DNA of 64,000 nt from Chrysomallon squamiferum (Eukaryota; Animalia; Mollusca). The notes beneath the pieces were generated by a model. The model ran no database searches, was not told where the DNA came from, and saw only the letters and a list, made by a program, of their open reading frames with translations. Shown here piece by piece: positions 53,177 through 64,000 of the stretch (within the stretch, counting starts at the first letter, position 1; each line of letters starts with the position of its first letter). The translations under genes and the position numbers were made by a program. The stretch lies in contig CM022673.1 in NCBI GenBank assembly GCA_012295275.1, positions 2,666,001 to 2,730,000 of the forward strand, given 5' to 3'.

Positions 53177-54394
53177 TGTCTGGCATCAGAATTACTCAAG
53201 TTCCAGTTCATAGGTGTCTTCTTTTTCAAATATTTGTAATGCTGATAGAGTAACTGAAAAGAAAAATATAAATATAGCCAGCAAGAAGTATATTATAATA
53301 TTTATTATGTGCATTGACGTTATTCTTAGTTTTCTTTAAATGATTCTAAAATACATTTTTGAAATATGATTTTCACTGGGCTAGATCACGTACTCAGAGT
53401 AAAAACTGTGCAAAAAAAAAAAAATAAAATAAAATAAAATAAAATAACAACTTTAGTACATGTATAAATACTTCATTACCGCTAGCAGAGGCAGCAAGAA
53501 CAATAATAATAAAATCCTAATTCGTTAAAAATACGTTTTCACTAACAACTATAATGCTAAAGGTAATTTTAAAGTGATGCTACATGATATTACAGCTTCT
53601 TAAAATCGTAGTGTAACATCCAGATACAATAAAATACCATATTAACAAAGACAGCGTAAAGCTAATCACAATTAACAGTCTACAGGCAATAATAACAACA
53701 ACAGCAATAATAATAATATACCAAACGTTCACAATACTTGAAAATCATATGTACTTCATAAAATTAAAAGCAAACCTAATCGTAACAAAGCTTTCTTTTT
53801 CTATTACTATATCTACATATTTCACATTACCTAAATATATTACCTAATAAACACCCAAGTTCTAATTTTGGCTGAATTCCATGCACAAAATACGGCTCAT
53901 AGTAAAACGTCCACATCAACTTCATAGAATAAGAAACAGAAAGAACTGCTATGGATTCAGTAAAAAATAAACAAACGTAAACTTTGAACTCTTGCGGATA
54001 AGTTTGATATCACGAGCACTGGTATAAATCAACAAAGAATGAGAACTTCAAATAAATAAATAAATAAATTTCAGTCAAACCCTTTAACAGTTCCGAATTT
54101 AGCCAAACCAAATTTAAATTAACAATTCAATCAAAAATGGTGACAAAGTAATTATGTTCAGAAGGGATATATCATCATGAGATTTATAAAATGGTGTATA
54201 ATGATAAAGGCAAATTAAAGAATAATATCTTATTGAAACTTATGACAGTTTCGTTAAGTATATCGTTCCGTGACTATAGTGTTTATTATTTTTTTTTTTT
54301 TTTTTTTTTTATTATTATTGTTATCATTATTATTTTAAATTATTTACTGCATTGACTTCTACAAGAATATTTTGGTAATGCATCGAAAATACCG

Positions 54395-54430
54395 AAAATT
54401 ACGTCATCGCGTTAACGTTTTAACGTCATC
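54395..54430. promoter_or_regulatory. Candidate bidirectional promoter core with CRE-like sites between ETFRF1 and DNAI7
   Basis: CpG-rich patch TTACGTCATCGCGTTAACGTTTTAACGTCA about 50-80 bp upstream of the DNAI7 ATG at 54477, between divergent genes. Confidence 0.4.
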
Positions 54431-54476
54431 AGTTAATGTGTGCTTTGTTGTTTCTGCTTCTTTCTGTTTCACCAAA

Positions 54477-63633
<9,157 letters not shown>

Positions 63634-64000
63634 GTATGATTTGATTTTATTTTTGTGTGTGTTTATTGTATCAGTGGTGTTAATGGTCAGATTATAAAGC
63701 GTGTGTGTGTATGTATATAAGATGCTTATCTAACATGATGCTTATCAAATATGATTTTAGAATTGCAATAGTATTAATGTGTAATTAATTCTTAGAATAA
63801 AGAATATATATATTCCTTAAAAAAAAATAAAGCAAAGAAAAACAAAAAACCCCAAACAACAACAACAAAATAACCGATCAGGTTTTAAAACAAAAATAAA
63901 ATTAAACTGAATTGCTATATTCATCAGTGTAATATAATTATTATCTTAGTGGATAAATATTTAAGAAGAAACAAAGTTAAAATTAAACAACTAAAAAAAC

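Overview
AT-rich, microsatellite-dense eukaryotic (animal, probably mollusc or other lophotrochozoan) genomic DNA; no prokaryotic features. By hand-splicing GT-AG exons I find, left to right: (1) the 5' part of a minus-strand secreted VWD-C8-TIL protein (SCO-spondin/otogelin/hemocytin/mucin-like) with an EMI-like + EGF + TB-like N-terminus, running off the left edge; (2) a decayed, intron-containing minus-strand gene for a non-Hedgehog Hint (intein-like autoprocessing) protein with a long helical, hydrophobic C-terminus (about 11.4-14.9 kb), the most unusual object here; (3) a complete 25-exon receptor guanylyl cyclase (about 1229 aa) with a perfect RFX X-box in intron 1; (4) a single-coding-exon orphan Ser-Pro-repeat protein with a CLCC cluster; (5) a small Cys-rich membrane-type ORF whose Cys-rich frame continues through an in-frame TGA; (6) ETFRF1/LYRM5 head-to-head with (7) DNAI7/CASC1, the same arrangement as in the human genome, with DNAI7 running off the right edge. 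Most short ORFs in the supplied track are microsatellite translations. All calls are from reading the sequence; no database searches were run.
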